Shown here in pieces: positions 37,042-46,199 of a stretch of 64,000 nt of DNA. This DNA is from Patescibacteria group bacterium (GTDB lineage Bacteria; Patescibacteriota; Minisyncoccia; Phycocordibacterales; Phycocordibacteraceae), in NCBI GenBank assembly GCA_040390125.1, contig JAZJYZ010000001.1, positions 243,026 to 307,025 of the forward strand, in the 5' to 3' direction. How positions within the stretch are numbered: the stretch's first letter is position 1; the number at the start of each line of letters is the position of its first letter. The position numbers and the translations under genes were made by a program. A model generated the notes under the pieces. The model saw only the letters and a program-made list of their open reading frames with translations. It ran no database searches and was not told the DNA's origin.

Positions 37042-37440
37042 ATGTCAGAAGCTCATAAGCCATACTCCTCAGATGAGGACATAACATTAACGGGGGTCGC
37101 CAAGGAGACTTGGGGGCGTTTAAGTGCAAACGCACGTATTGTTTTTGATGTCTTATTCCGAAATGCTGGTGCACCAAAAGGTCCTTCAGGTTTTAAGGGT
37201 GCGGGGGATGTTCCAGGTGTGAGTTTGATTGATTGGCAAAGGGTAAATGGTTTAAAGAATCCTAATCTACCACAGGAAGGGCAGGGCATTGTGCCAACAT
37301 TTGTGTCTAGAAACCTTGGCATGGATCCATACGATGAAGCGGGGATGCGAGAAGATATAGAGACTCCGGGTGAGACGATGGGATTTTCGATAGCAAAGGC
37401 ACGACTACTAAGGGAAGATCGTAGACGCATGGCAGTGTAA
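37042..37440 (+). CDS. hypothetical protein
   Basis: 132 aa with a consensus promoter and a terminator. No family was recognised. Confidence 0.4.
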   Translation: MSEAHKPYSSDEDITLTGVAKETWGRLSANARIVFDVLFRNAGAPKGPSGFKGAGDVPGVSLIDWQRVNGLKNPNLPQEGQGIVPTFVSRNLGMDPYDEAGMREDIETPGETMGFSIAKARLLREDRRRMAV

Positions 37441-37480
37441 ATACATTGATTGCGTATTGGTGCTTCTCGAGGTATTCTCT

Positions 37481-37505
37481 AAAAGGCTCCGTGCGGAGCT
37501 TTTTT
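37481..37505 (+). terminator. rho-independent terminator
   Basis: aaaaggctccg-tgc-ggagcttttt. Confidence 0.75.
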
Positions 37506-37529
37506 CTTAGATAGATCCTGAAAAACATC

Positions 37530-39314
37530 ATGGAAATTAGAAATATTGCAATTATTGCCCACGTGGACCATGGGAAAACCACGCTCACTGACGCACTGTT
37601 GAAACAAACAGGTGTGGGTGAAGAGGGTGTTTCGATGGACTCAAATAAGCTCGAGCTTGAGCGTGGAATTACCATTTATGCCAAAAATGCTTCCGTTCCC
37701 TATAAAGGTACAAAAATAAATATCGTTGATACTCCTGGGCACGCTGATTTCGGCTCTGAAGTTGAGCGAGTACTCCGCTCCATTGACTCGGTGCTTTTGG
37801 TGGTGGACGCTCAGGAAGGTCCAATGCCACAAACACGCTTCGTTTTGAAGAAGTCGTTAGAGCTTGGCCTGAAGCCTATCGTTGTTTTAAATAAAATTGA
37901 TAAGCCTGCGGCAGATCCGGCACGTGCTGAAGAGCAGGTGTTGGAACTTTTCTTGGAGCTTGGAGCGAACGATGAGCAGGCAGATTTTCCGGTGGTCTAC
38001 GCTATTGGCAAGCAGGGTATTGCAAAAAATAAACTTGAAGACGATTCAAAAGACTTGATGCCTTTGCTCGATACCATCCTCAAGTACGTACCTCCTGCAT
38101 CGAAAGAGTCTGAAGGGGGAGCACTTTTGATTCAGCCATTCAACCTCGCCTATGACAATTTCTTAGGACGTATGGCGATTTGTCGTGTGTATCACGGCAC
38201 CGTGACCACAGGTCAGTCAGTATTCATAAAAAAACCAGACGGAGAAACTCGTACTGGAAAAATTGTAAAGATGTTTACATTCAGTGGCTTGAAGCGGGTA
38301 GAGGCAGAGTCGGTAAGCTCGGGTGATATTTGTATGATTGCGGGGCTTTCTGATATTTATATTGGCGAGACAGTTACGAACGACAAGGATGTGGAGCCGT
38401 TGCCTGCAATTACCGTTGATGAACCAACGATTCAACTCAATTTTTATCCGAACTCTTCGCCCTTTGCAGGCAAGGAAGGAAAATTTGTAACCACTCGCCA
38501 AATTAGAGACAGACTTGAGCGGGAACTTGAAGTGAATGTGGGACTCAAAGTCGATTTCTCTTCGGGTGAAACATTTTTGGTGTCTGGCCGTGGAGAGTTA
38601 CACGTTGCAATTTTGCTTGAGAACATGCGTCGTGAGGGCTTCGAGCTTCAAGTGTCCCAGCCTAAAGTCATCATTCATGAGGAGAATGGCATAAAGATGG
38701 AGCCGTTTGAAGAAGTTATTGTTGATTCGCCATCTGAATTTCAAGGACCTATTATTGAGCGCTTAGGTGTTCGAGCATTCGTGATGCAAAACTTGGTGAC
38801 TCACGGCAATTCAGTTCGCCTTACCTTTGAAGGCCCTACACGTGGACTCTTGGGTTTCCGTAATCAGTTCATCATTGATACGAAAGGCGAGGGGATTCTT
38901 TCGTCACGCTTCGTTGGCTTTAAGCCGTATGCAGGAGAAATAAAGAAACGCTCAGTCGGTTCTATGATTTCAATGGCAGCAGGTAAGGCACTCGGTTTCT
39001 CTTTGTGGAATCTTCAGGACAGAGGGGTTTTGTACATCGGCCCTACAACTGAAGTGTATGAAGGCATGGTGGTGGGCAATACCTCGAAAGGTGAAGAGAT
39101 GTCTGTGAATCCAACCAAGGGAAAACAGCTCACCAACATGCGTGCATCTGGCTCGGACGAGGCTATTAATATCACCCCTCCCTACACACTTACTATTGAA
39201 CGCGGGCTTGAAATAATGTCAGACGATGAGTTTCTTGAAATTACTCCGTTGAATATTCGTCTACGCAAGCAATTTTTGTCTGAGAGCGAGAGAGCGAAAG
39301 CCAAGAGAAGTTAA
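37530..39314 (+). CDS. typA: translational GTPase TypA/BipA
   Basis: G1 [10 protein letters not shown]; G3 DTPGHADF; NKID. It is about 594 aa with the BipA C-terminal domain. Confidence 0.9.
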   Translation: MEIRNIAIIAHVDHGKTTLTDALLKQTGVGEEGVSMDSNKLELERGITIYAKNASVPYKGTKINIVDTPGHADFGSEVERVLRSIDSVLLVVDAQEGPMPQTRFVLKKSLELGLKPIVVLNKIDKPAADPARAEEQVLELFLELGANDEQADFPVVYAIGKQGIAKNKLEDDSKDLMPLLDTILKYVPPASKESEGGALLIQPFNLAYDNFLGRMAICRVYHGTVTTGQSVFIKKPDGETRTGKIVKMFTFSGLKRVEAESVSSGDICMIAGLSDIYIGETVTNDKDVEPLPAITVDEPTIQLNFYPNSSPFAGKEGKFVTTRQIRDRLERELEVNVGLKVDFSSGETFLVSGRGELHVAILLENMRREGFELQVSQPKVIIHEENGIKMEPFEEVIVDSPSEFQGPIIERLGVRAFVMQNLVTHGNSVRLTFEGPTRGLLGFRNQFIIDTKGEGILSSRFVGFKPYAGEIKKRSVGSMISMAAGKALGFSLWNLQDRGVLYIGPTTEVYEGMVVGNTSKGEEMSVNPTKGKQLTNMRASGSDEAINITPPYTLTIERGLEIMSDDEFLEITPLNIRLRKQFLSESERAKAKRS

Positions 39315-39344
39315 GACCTAGGTGCAGTTTGTTATACTGCGCCC

Positions 39345-39908
39345 ATGAAGAACCTTCTTATAGCCACTGTGCTTTTAGGTGCAGTGCTCTCTGCCTTTTT
39401 TGTGTTTAACCAGCGACGCCCCTTGTTGTCTGGTGCAGGCGAGATGCGTCAATATGTGAGAGACGATATTTCTTTTTCATATCCTGCTTATTATTTTGTA
39501 GAAGAGAAAGATGAAGAAAACACTACACGAAGCCATCACTCCATAACTCTTACTGAGGATACTGAAGAAAATAAAGCGATGCGAGAAGGGTTAGCGCCAG
39601 GTCGTGAAGGTCCAACCGCTATTGTGATTGATATATTTCAAAATGATCTTGATCATATGACAGCAAAAGACTGGATTGTGAAGATGCCTCGTTCCAACTA
39701 TGCGCTCTCTCCTGATTCTATTTTGACAGCACGAACAGTTGGGGCTATTAAAGGTTTTGAGTATCGCTGGTCAGGACTCTATGAAGCCAGAGCAGTTGTG
39801 GTAGTAAATGATTATTTTGTATATTCACTTACTGCCACCTATCTCACACCAGAGGATCTGATTCTTAAGGATTTCGAGACAATTCTTGAGAGCGTGAAAT
39901 TCGAGTAA
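39345..39908 (+). CDS. hypothetical membrane-anchored or secreted protein
   Basis: N-terminal TM helix. No family was recognised. Confidence 0.4.
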   Translation: MKNLLIATVLLGAVLSAFFVFNQRRPLLSGAGEMRQYVRDDISFSYPAYYFVEEKDEENTTRSHHSITLTEDTEENKAMREGLAPGREGPTAIVIDIFQNDLDHMTAKDWIVKMPRSNYALSPDSILTARTVGAIKGFEYRWSGLYEARAVVVVNDYFVYSLTATYLTPEDLILKDFETILESVKFE

Positions 39909-39932
39909 TAGAGAGTTATACTGTTTTTACCT

Positions 39933-40331
39933 ATGAAAAATAACAAATATACACTTATAGCAGTAGCTGTTGTGCTGATAGTTCTACTTGGAGGATTTGT
40001 TTCGTATCAGTCATACAAATCGGCAGGACCGGCAGTGTCGGGCGCACTTGATCCATTTGCGACGTGTCTAAAAGATTCAGGAGCGATTTTTTACGGGGCT
40101 TTTTGGTGTCCTCACTGCCAAGCGACAAAAAAAATGTTTGGCGCTTCAGCAAAATTGCTTCCCTATGTTGAGTGTTCAATGCCCGATGGAAGCAACCAAA
40201 CACAAGTTTGCATTGACAAAGGTATTAAGTCGTATCCGACATGGAAATTCTCCGATGGGTCAGAGCTTACCGGCGAGAGAACGCTCGCTGAGCTTGCCGA
40301 AAAAACAAGCTGTGAGCTTCCGGTTCAATAA
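39933..40331 (+). CDS. membrane-anchored thioredoxin-fold protein (DsbA-like, CPHC active site)
   Basis: N-terminal TM helix and FWCPHCQATKKMF. The adjacent downstream gene is DsbB-like. Confidence 0.6.
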   Translation: MKNNKYTLIAVAVVLIVLLGGFVSYQSYKSAGPAVSGALDPFATCLKDSGAIFYGAFWCPHCQATKKMFGASAKLLPYVECSMPDGSNQTQVCIDKGIKSYPTWKFSDGSELTGERTLAELAEKTSCELPVQ

Positions 40332-40334
40332 TAT

Positions 40335-40955
40335 ATGCTCACTCTTGAGACTCTCAACTACCTGATTGCCGTAAGCACTATTGGGATGCAAGTAGCATCC
40401 GTAGCACTTTTGGTAGTGTTCTTCTTTAGAAAAAGCCCATGGGCTCGAGGTATTGCTGAGCTCGTTACCAACTGGGGTTTGTGGGTTTCTTTGCTCCTCG
40501 TTGTAGCTGGTACTCTACTGAGCTTAGTGTATTCAGAATATTTCGGTATTGTGCCGTGCGGTCTTTGTTGGCTTCAGAGAGTCTTCCTCTATCCGCAGGT
40601 TGTCTTGTTTGCGTTGGCTACTTGGAAAAAAAGCGAACTGCTTCGCTTTTTTTCCGGTGGCGAAGCCAAGCGCCAATATTCGCAAAGCGAAAAGGCACTA
40701 GGAGGGACAAATGATTCCTTTTTTGCAGATTATTCAATTGTGCTTTCATTTTTAGGTGGGGCAGTTGCACTGTATCAACATTATTTACAGATGGGTGGAA
40801 CAAGTGCACTGCCTTGCCCAGCATCAGGCGTTACGGATTGTGCAAAGCGATTTCTCTTTGAATTCGATTACATCACATTTCCACTCGTTGCGTTCTCTTC
40901 GTTCGCACTTCTTTTCGTCATAATGCTTTTTGTACGACAGAAGCGAGCTACGTAA
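40335..40955 (+). CDS. DsbB-like disulfide bond formation protein
   Basis: Four TM segments. PCGLCWLQRVFLYPQ resembles the DsbB CxxC...QR...Y loop, and there is a second Cys pair (CPASGVTDC). Confidence 0.55.
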   Translation: MLTLETLNYLIAVSTIGMQVASVALLVVFFFRKSPWARGIAELVTNWGLWVSLLLVVAGTLLSLVYSEYFGIVPCGLCWLQRVFLYPQVVLFALATWKKSELLRFFSGGEAKRQYSQSEKALGGTNDSFFADYSIVLSFLGGAVALYQHYLQMGGTSALPCPASGVTDCAKRFLFEFDYITFPLVAFSSFALLFVIMLFVRQKRAT

Positions 40956-40966
40956 TTTAGAATGCC

Positions 40967-41407
40967 ATGCACATTAAAGAACTTGGGCATGTAGTGTTGT
41001 ATGTTTCCAACCTGGAGCGGTCGGCAAATTTTTATAGAGATACTTTGGGTTTTACTGAAATTGCCAGGGAACCTGGAGTTGCGGCATTCTCATCTGGTCG
41101 GACTCATCATGAGCTTCTATTGATCGAGATAGGGAAGGAACCCAAAGCAAAAGAAGTAATTGAAACCGGCTTGTACCACATTGGTTTCAAAATAGGGGAC
41201 ACCAGGGAAGAATTAAAGCAGGCATACAAGGAGTTGCAGGCGAAAGGGGTACAAATAATCGGCATGTCTGATCATGCAGTTACTCATTCGCTCTATATTC
41301 TTGATCCTGATGGAAATGAGCTCGAGCTCTATGCTGATGTGAGTGACGTGTGGAAGAAAGACCCTCGTGCCGTTATGAGTCCAACTCGCCCGCTGAGCCT
41401 TGACTGA
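40967..41407 (+). CDS. VOC-family (glyoxalase/bleomycin-resistance/dioxygenase) protein
   Basis: ELGHVVLYVSNLERSANFYRDTLGF, followed by a second beta-alpha-beta-beta-beta module. Confidence 0.7.
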   Translation: MHIKELGHVVLYVSNLERSANFYRDTLGFTEIAREPGVAAFSSGRTHHELLLIEIGKEPKAKEVIETGLYHIGFKIGDTREELKQAYKELQAKGVQIIGMSDHAVTHSLYILDPDGNELELYADVSDVWKKDPRAVMSPTRPLSLD

Positions 41408-41637
41408 TGTGACTTCTTAGGATATAGTATAGAAGTACTCATTTTCTCCATTCGCTTTTAGGGGTGTGCCCCTCACAGAGCCTTTGGAAATAAGGAATCT
41501 GTTTCCTGCAGAATCCAAGGGCGCTGTATTGATTTTTATTTCAATAGTAATGCGCATGTGTGAGATACACGCTTGCATATCGTAAGTGCATCTGGCGATC
41601 AATGCGCCGGTTATTATTGAAATAAATTAAAGCAGTT

Positions 41638-43113
41638 ATGTATAACTCAGATAGTAATAGTAAAGGTAAGTTTTCACGTACCCCTCGTCATTCGCGGGGA
41701 GGTTCTAGCTCTGCACCACGGAGTCCTCGAAGTGGTTCACGTGCTCCATATAGTGCGGATTCTGGTCCGAGCCGTTCTTCGTTTGCACCAAGTGCTCGCC
41801 CATACCAAGGAGGAGGTAGCCGTTCAGGTGGCGGAGGTAGTTCTCGTCCACCGTACCAAGGAGGACACTCTCGTCCATATCAGGGAGGTGGTCGCCCACC
41901 ATACAGAGGCGGTGGAGCTCCACGTTTTGGTGGCGGAGGCGGTAGTCGTTACGGCGGAGGCGGTGGTAGAGGAGGAGGTCGTTCGTTTGATAAATATATT
42001 GATGCTTCCCGTTTCGTAAACAAGGCAGTCATTACAGAGAGAGTAGAGCACTTTGTTCCTGAACATGCGTTTGCAGATTTTAAGGTAGATGAACGCTTGA
42101 AAACTGCCATTAGCAAGAAAGGATATGTTCTTCCAACACCGATTCAAGATAAGGCAATTCCTCATATTCTTCGAGGAGAAGACGTAGTGGGTATTGCAAA
42201 CACCGGCACCGGAAAAACGGCGGCATTTTTGATTCCACTCATCGACAAGATGCTTAAAAATCCCGAGGAAGAAATACTCATCATGGTTCCTACACGTGAA
42301 CTTGCACTCCAGATTGAGCAGGAGTTTCGTGGCTTTGCACCAGGACTTCGTTTGTATTCTGCCTGCTTCGTGGGAGGTGTGTATATCGGTAAAGATTTGC
42401 AAAAACTTCGCCAAAGAAACAATCTCGTCATTGGTACGCCAGGGAGACTCAAAGACTTGGTAGAGAGACGTGCACTCAATCTTTCAAAATTCAAGACGGT
42501 AGTTCTCGACGAAGCAGACCGCATGCTCGACATGGGCTTCATTGCTGATATGCGTTTTATGCTTTCAAAAATGGAACCTGTGCGTCACACACTCTTCTTC
42601 TCGGCGACACTCACAAAGGAAATTGAAAAACTCATCAAAGATTTCTTGCAGAATCCCGTTACTATTTCAGTGAAGACGCAAGAAACCGCTGAGTCTATTG
42701 ATCAAGACGTAGTCAAAGTAAGTGCCGATGAAACAAAGATCGATGTGCTCTTAGATTTGTTGAAGCAACCTGAATTCGATAAAGTGCTTGTGTTCGGAAA
42801 AACGAAGCATGGTGTTGAAAAATTGGCGAAAGCACTCGTTGCTATGGGTGTTAAAGCTGAATCTATTCACGGAAACAAGACTCACGGAAAGCGACAGAAG
42901 GCACTCGACCTTTTCAAGCGTGATCAAGTACAGGTGCTTGTTGCAACGGATGTTGCGGCACGAGGCCTCGACATCGTTGGTGTGTCACACGTGATCAACT
43001 TCGACATTCCTTCAACGTATGAAGATTACGTCCATCGCATTGGACGCACCGGCAGAGGTGGAAAGAAAGGGAAGGCTCTTACTTTCGTTGAACAGAAAGG
43101 CGGTCGTCGTTAA
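41638..43113 (+). CDS. DEAD-box ATP-dependent RNA helicase with ~130-aa N-terminal Gly/Arg/Ser-rich low-complexity region
   Basis: Q-motif/PTPIQ, Walker A AxTGTGKT, DEAD, SAT and HRIGRTGR motifs are present. The N-terminal RGG/PYQGG repeats are unusual in that they are N-terminal rather than C-terminal. Confidence 0.9.
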   Translation: MYNSDSNSKGKFSRTPRHSRGGSSSAPRSPRSGSRAPYSADSGPSRSSFAPSARPYQGGGSRSGGGGSSRPPYQGGHSRPYQGGGRPPYRGGGAPRFGGGGGSRYGGGGGRGGGRSFDKYIDASRFVNKAVITERVEHFVPEHAFADFKVDERLKTAISKKGYVLPTPIQDKAIPHILRGEDVVGIANTGTGKTAAFLIPLIDKMLKNPEEEILIMVPTRELALQIEQEFRGFAPGLRLYSACFVGGVYIGKDLQKLRQRNNLVIGTPGRLKDLVERRALNLSKFKTVVLDEADRMLDMGFIADMRFMLSKMEPVRHTLFFSATLTKEIEKLIKDFLQNPVTISVKTQETAESIDQDVVKVSADETKIDVLLDLLKQPEFDKVLVFGKTKHGVEKLAKALVAMGVKAESIHGNKTHGKRQKALDLFKRDQVQVLVATDVAARGLDIVGVSHVINFDIPSTYEDYVHRIGRTGRGGKKGKALTFVEQKGGRR

Positions 43114-43503
43114 TTTTTCTGCTCCACACTTTGACGTGCACACCTCTCGCACGTATGATGAGAGGTGTGACACCATTCTTAGTAGCCTGAAAAAATAATT
43201 TTCTTGATATGGATACAGATACACCAATGGTACCGACTCCTCCTATGGAGCCTGCACACGAAGTTCCTACTCCGGCAATGCCAGAAGCACCAGCTTCAGC
43301 ACCGGTCGAAGAGCATCCGGCAGTTTAGTAAGAGCATCCCTAAAAACTCCGTCCTGCCTGCAATGCATTTTTCCGGGCTACGACACACTCGTCTCATCCT
43401 CTACGTACTTCCAATACGTTTCGGATTCCGACTCGGTGTCTCACCTTCGGAAACATGCATCTCGGCTCGAACACCCCAGTTTTTAGGTATACTCTAGTTC
43501 TTT

Positions 43504-43535
43504 AAAAAGCGAGGCAGGGAAACCTGCCTCGCTTT
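43504..43535 (+). terminator. rho-independent terminator closing the unannotated 43114-43500 region
   Basis: aaaaagcgaggcagg-gaaa-cctgcctcgcttttt. Confidence 0.8.
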
Positions 43536-43590
43536 TTGTTATTGGTTAGTAAAGTCAATAATGGCCTCCAGAGAGTGGTAAAATGCTCAT

Positions 43591-44034
43591 ATGAAAAAAT
43601 ACCTTGTTCTTTTTGGGGTACTCGTACTTGTGGCTGTCGGAGCACTCTATTTTTTCTTTCTTTCTGAGGTGGATGCTCCGAGCGTCTCTACCGTACATTA
43701 CGTGAATGCAACAGCAGACAATATAGTAGTTGCGTCGCCAAAGCCTGGAGAAAGTCTAGGGTCTATTATTGATGTTTCCGGTCGTGCCAGAGGAATGTGG
43801 TATTTCGAAGCTAGTTTTCCAATTCAAGTCGTTGACGATACGGGGGCTGTGATAGCGCAAGATATTGCGACTGCAGACGGGGAATGGATGACGGAGGAGT
43901 TTGTACCCTTCACGGCAACAATTACGTTGACGTCTCCGTACACTGGCCCCGCAACACTCATTCTCAAAAAAGATAACCCTTCGGGTGAAGCGTCAAGGGA
44001 TGCCTCCATGGAGATTCCTATAGTGATTCAATAA
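43591..44034 (+). CDS. hypothetical secreted protein
   Basis: Signal peptide/TM (MKKYLVLFGVLVLVAVGALYFFF). Confidence 0.4.
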   Translation: MKKYLVLFGVLVLVAVGALYFFFLSEVDAPSVSTVHYVNATADNIVVASPKPGESLGSIIDVSGRARGMWYFEASFPIQVVDDTGAVIAQDIATADGEWMTEEFVPFTATITLTSPYTGPATLILKKDNPSGEASRDASMEIPIVIQ

Positions 44035-44041
44035 GCTGTAT

Positions 44042-44416
44042 ATGCAGGACATCGCACACACCAAACATCGAGCAGTGATTGTGGCGTTTATTATTTTGAT
44101 TATTACTATTGCGGCACTTGCCGTGTGGCCTGATGCACGTCGACAACCAAATCAAGTTAATAAGAGCGCTGATATTATTGCAACGGTAACGTATCAATGT
44201 GAAGAAGATAAGTGGGTTCGTGCGATGTATACAAAGGACAACACCGTAGAGTTAGAGCTCAGCGATCTTCGGGCAATCACACTGCCTTTGACCGTGTCCG
44301 CCTCTGGTGCGAAGTATGCCAATGCAAATGAAAATTTCGTGTTTTGGAACAACGCCAGTACCGCTTTCATACAAGAAAACAATGCTTTGACGTTTACGAA
44401 CTGCATCACTGAGTGA
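44042..44416 (+). CDS. MliC-like (membrane-bound lysozyme inhibitor of C-type lysozyme) domain protein
   Basis: YQCEED...SASGAKY...FWNNASTAF...C matches the MliC family conserved core (YxC...SASGA(R/K)Y...W(T/N)KG..A..C). Confidence 0.55.
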   Translation: MQDIAHTKHRAVIVAFIILIITIAALAVWPDARRQPNQVNKSADIIATVTYQCEEDKWVRAMYTKDNTVELELSDLRAITLPLTVSASGAKYANANENFVFWNNASTAFIQENNALTFTNCITE

Positions 44417-44455
44417 TTAACGGTTTTTAGTTGATTTCCTTATTTTTCTTTCATT

Positions 44456-44716
44456 TTGTATACTTTTTGTATGAGTATGTATACCCGTGATGGCTGTCCG
44501 GTTACTCGTGATATCCGTATGATTCACGGTGGAGCGGGGCAGGGAGGAGCACCCTATGATTCTGAAATCAGACCGCCTCTGTCCTTGAAGCAACAAGCCG
44601 TACAATACAGAAACAAAGCCGATGTGCTTGCTCATACGGGGCAGCATAAGCTTGCATTACTTTTTCGATCTATGGCTAATGCCATAGATCCGATTGCAAA
44701 GAAAAAGACCTCTTAA
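44456..44716 (+). CDS. hypothetical small protein (uncertain)
   Basis: 86-aa ORF in a 330-nt intergenic region, followed immediately by a bidirectional terminator. No homology was recognised. Confidence 0.25.
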   Translation: MYTFCMSMYTRDGCPVTRDIRMIHGGAGQGGAPYDSEIRPPLSLKQQAVQYRNKADVLAHTGQHKLALLFRSMANAIDPIAKKKTS

Positions 44717-44726
44717 GAGGTCTTTT
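44703..44726. terminator. bidirectional rho-independent terminator
   Basis: aaaagacctctt-aa-gaggtctttt. Confidence 0.7.
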
Positions 44727-44744
44727 GTGTTGAGGCCTTATAAC

Positions 44745-45224
44745 TCATTCCGTCACCACTAGTGTGCCCCACATACCCATGGAGCGGTGACTCCCTACGG
44801 AGCAGTAGTATTCGAATGAGCCCACTTTATCTGCGACAAACTCTACCACCGCACTCTCTCCACCTCCAATTTTGCTCGTTGCAACATTGAATTCGTCAAT
44901 TTTAAAATCATGCATACCGCCGGAGTTCACGAAGGTAATTTTCACTCGGTCACCTGCTCTAGCACTGATTGCTACAGGGGCAAAGGAAAAATTTGAACCA
45001 GTAATAGTGAATTCTTTAACACGTGCGGTTGGTGCCTCACTCATGACTTCGGCTTTAATTTCACCTGTTTCCATACCTCCAGGGGGAAGTGTGGGAGTTT
45101 CCTCGGTGACTACAGGTTCGGCAACGTCCTCAATCGAAGCTGGTGGGTTTTGCGAGAAGTAATACCAACCGCCGAAAGCTAGAACGATAACAACTATCAG
45201 AATGATGGTTGATTTTTGTTTCAT
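44745..45224 (-). CDS. cupredoxin (type-1 blue copper, plastocyanin/azurin-like) protein, membrane-anchored; start trimmed to MKQKSTIIL
   Basis: Copper ligands lie in ...H...YYCSVGSHRSMGM. The annotated longer ORF (to 45341) runs into the conserved structured element. The internal Met gives a TM anchor. Confidence 0.65.
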   Translation of the reverse strand: MKQKSTIILIVVIVLAFGGWYYFSQNPPASIEDVAEPVVTEETPTLPPGGMETGEIKAEVMSEAPTARVKEFTITGSNFSFAPVAISARAGDRVKITFVNSGGMHDFKIDEFNVATSKIGGGESAVVEFVADKVGSFEYYCSVGSHRSMGMWGTLVVTE

Positions 45225-45250
45225 AGTTACAGTAAAGCACATCGTACCTC

Positions 45251-45357
45251 TCGCACTACCTTTGGCGAAACATTCGGCTTCTCCTCTGGAAGCCTTATTC
45301 GTCCTCGCACCGATTTCCCACCCAAGGTGGGAACCCAGCAATCGGTACTGCGGATGT
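45251..45357. ncRNA. conserved ~107-nt structured element, copy A (candidate cis-regulatory RNA or small structured repeat); orientation unresolved
   Basis: It is about 85% identical to 56547-56653. The terminal 10-bp inverted repeats ttggcgaa.../...ttcgccaa form a closing helix. The internal hairpin ttcccacc-caag-gtgggaa versus ttcccgct-caaa-gcgggaa shows two compensatory pair changes. It lies directly upstream of the cupredoxin start. Confidence 0.55.
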
Positions 45358-45492
45358 TCGCCAAAGGTAGCACTCGTTTTTAAAGTTCGAAATTCTAGGG
45401 TTTTGCCGACACGGTGGTGCTATGTTATACTTTTCCTACTTGTATGATTTTAGTATCTACAGAATAATAATTACTACTATAAAAATATTGCT

Positions 45493-46107
45493 ATGATATA
45501 CGACACTATTCCCTCAGCAGAAGTTATTGAAAAAACCATCGCTGCAGTTGGTGCACGCAACGTGTCTGTGCACCTTGTGAATACCAAAGAAGAGGCGTTA
45601 GAGAAAGTGAAATCACTTATTCCTGAGGGGGCGGAAGTTATGACAGGGAGTTCAACGACGCTCCAGCAGATTGGTTTTGTGGACGTATTAAAGTCAGGAG
45701 AGCACCCTTGGAAGAACGTGAAAGAGACTATTGTTGCTGAAACAGATCCGGTGAAGCAAACGGAACTCCGAAAGTTAAGTGTCTCTGCTGATTATTTTCT
45801 CGGAAGTATCCACGCTATTACTGAAGCTGGGCAGACAGTCGTGGCCTCAGCTTCGGGTTTCCAGATTCCTTCGTATGCTTTTACCAGCGATAACGTGATA
45901 TGGGTCGCCGGTGCACAGAAAATAGTGCCCAATCTTGAATCTGCCTTTGCACGCATTCACGACTATGTATATCCACTAGAAGACGCTCGCATGAAGTCAG
46001 TGGGAATGGGCGGAAGTGTTATCGCAAAGATGTTTATATTCGAGCGTGAAATAATGCCGAATCGCCATGTACATCTTGTGCTCGTGAAAGAGGTCTTAGG
46101 TTTTTAG
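45493..46107 (+). CDS. LUD-domain (LutC/YkgG-like, DUF162) protein
   Basis: About 200 aa, with N-terminal TIAAVGARNVSVHLV...EEAL and a Gly-rich middle segment consistent with the LUD domain. Assignment is moderate. Confidence 0.45.
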   Translation: MIYDTIPSAEVIEKTIAAVGARNVSVHLVNTKEEALEKVKSLIPEGAEVMTGSSTTLQQIGFVDVLKSGEHPWKNVKETIVAETDPVKQTELRKLSVSADYFLGSIHAITEAGQTVVASASGFQIPSYAFTSDNVIWVAGAQKIVPNLESAFARIHDYVYPLEDARMKSVGMGGSVIAKMFIFEREIMPNRHVHLVLVKEVLGF

Positions 46108-46130
46108 TGATTTTTAGTTTTAGACAGGCT

Positions 46131-46193
46131 CTATTTTCCTCCTGTATAGTATAAAATCGCTACCGGAATTTTATACTATACAGCTGAAAATAG
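46131..46193. repeat. palindromic hairpin element, copy 1 (shared 17-nt arms ctgtatagtataaaat / attttatactatacag)
   Basis: ctattttc-ct-cctgtatagtataaaat-cgctaccgga-attttatactatacag-ct-gaaaatag. Confidence 0.8.
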
Positions 46194-46199
46194 GGATGT

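Noticed and set aside
41824-42414. 196-aa minus-strand ORF antisense to the DEAD-box helicase gene
   Set aside because: It lies entirely inside a strongly supported plus-strand gene. Its composition is driven by the GC-rich RGG-coding region. It is treated as spurious, as are the other embedded antisense ORFs (e.g. 13746..14183, 46674..47282, 55855..56349, 62158..62577, 1380..1769).
43330-43500. Assignment of the 43.3-kb structured region to SRP RNA, RNase P RNA, 6S RNA or tmRNA
   Set aside because: I could not find the SRP domain-IV GGAA tetraloop and symmetric-loop motif, the RNase P P4/CR-I consensus, or tmRNA tRNA-like ends. It is left as an unassigned candidate sRNA.
45202-45447. Plus-strand ORFs (45202..45447 and 56532..56789) with similar translations (LAKHS...EALFVLAPIS...EPSNR.CGCSPK) as a conserved small protein
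   Set aside because: The differences between copies include paired compensatory substitutions that preserve a hairpin, and changes are not concentrated at third codon positions. The similarity is better explained by a conserved structured nucleic-acid element.
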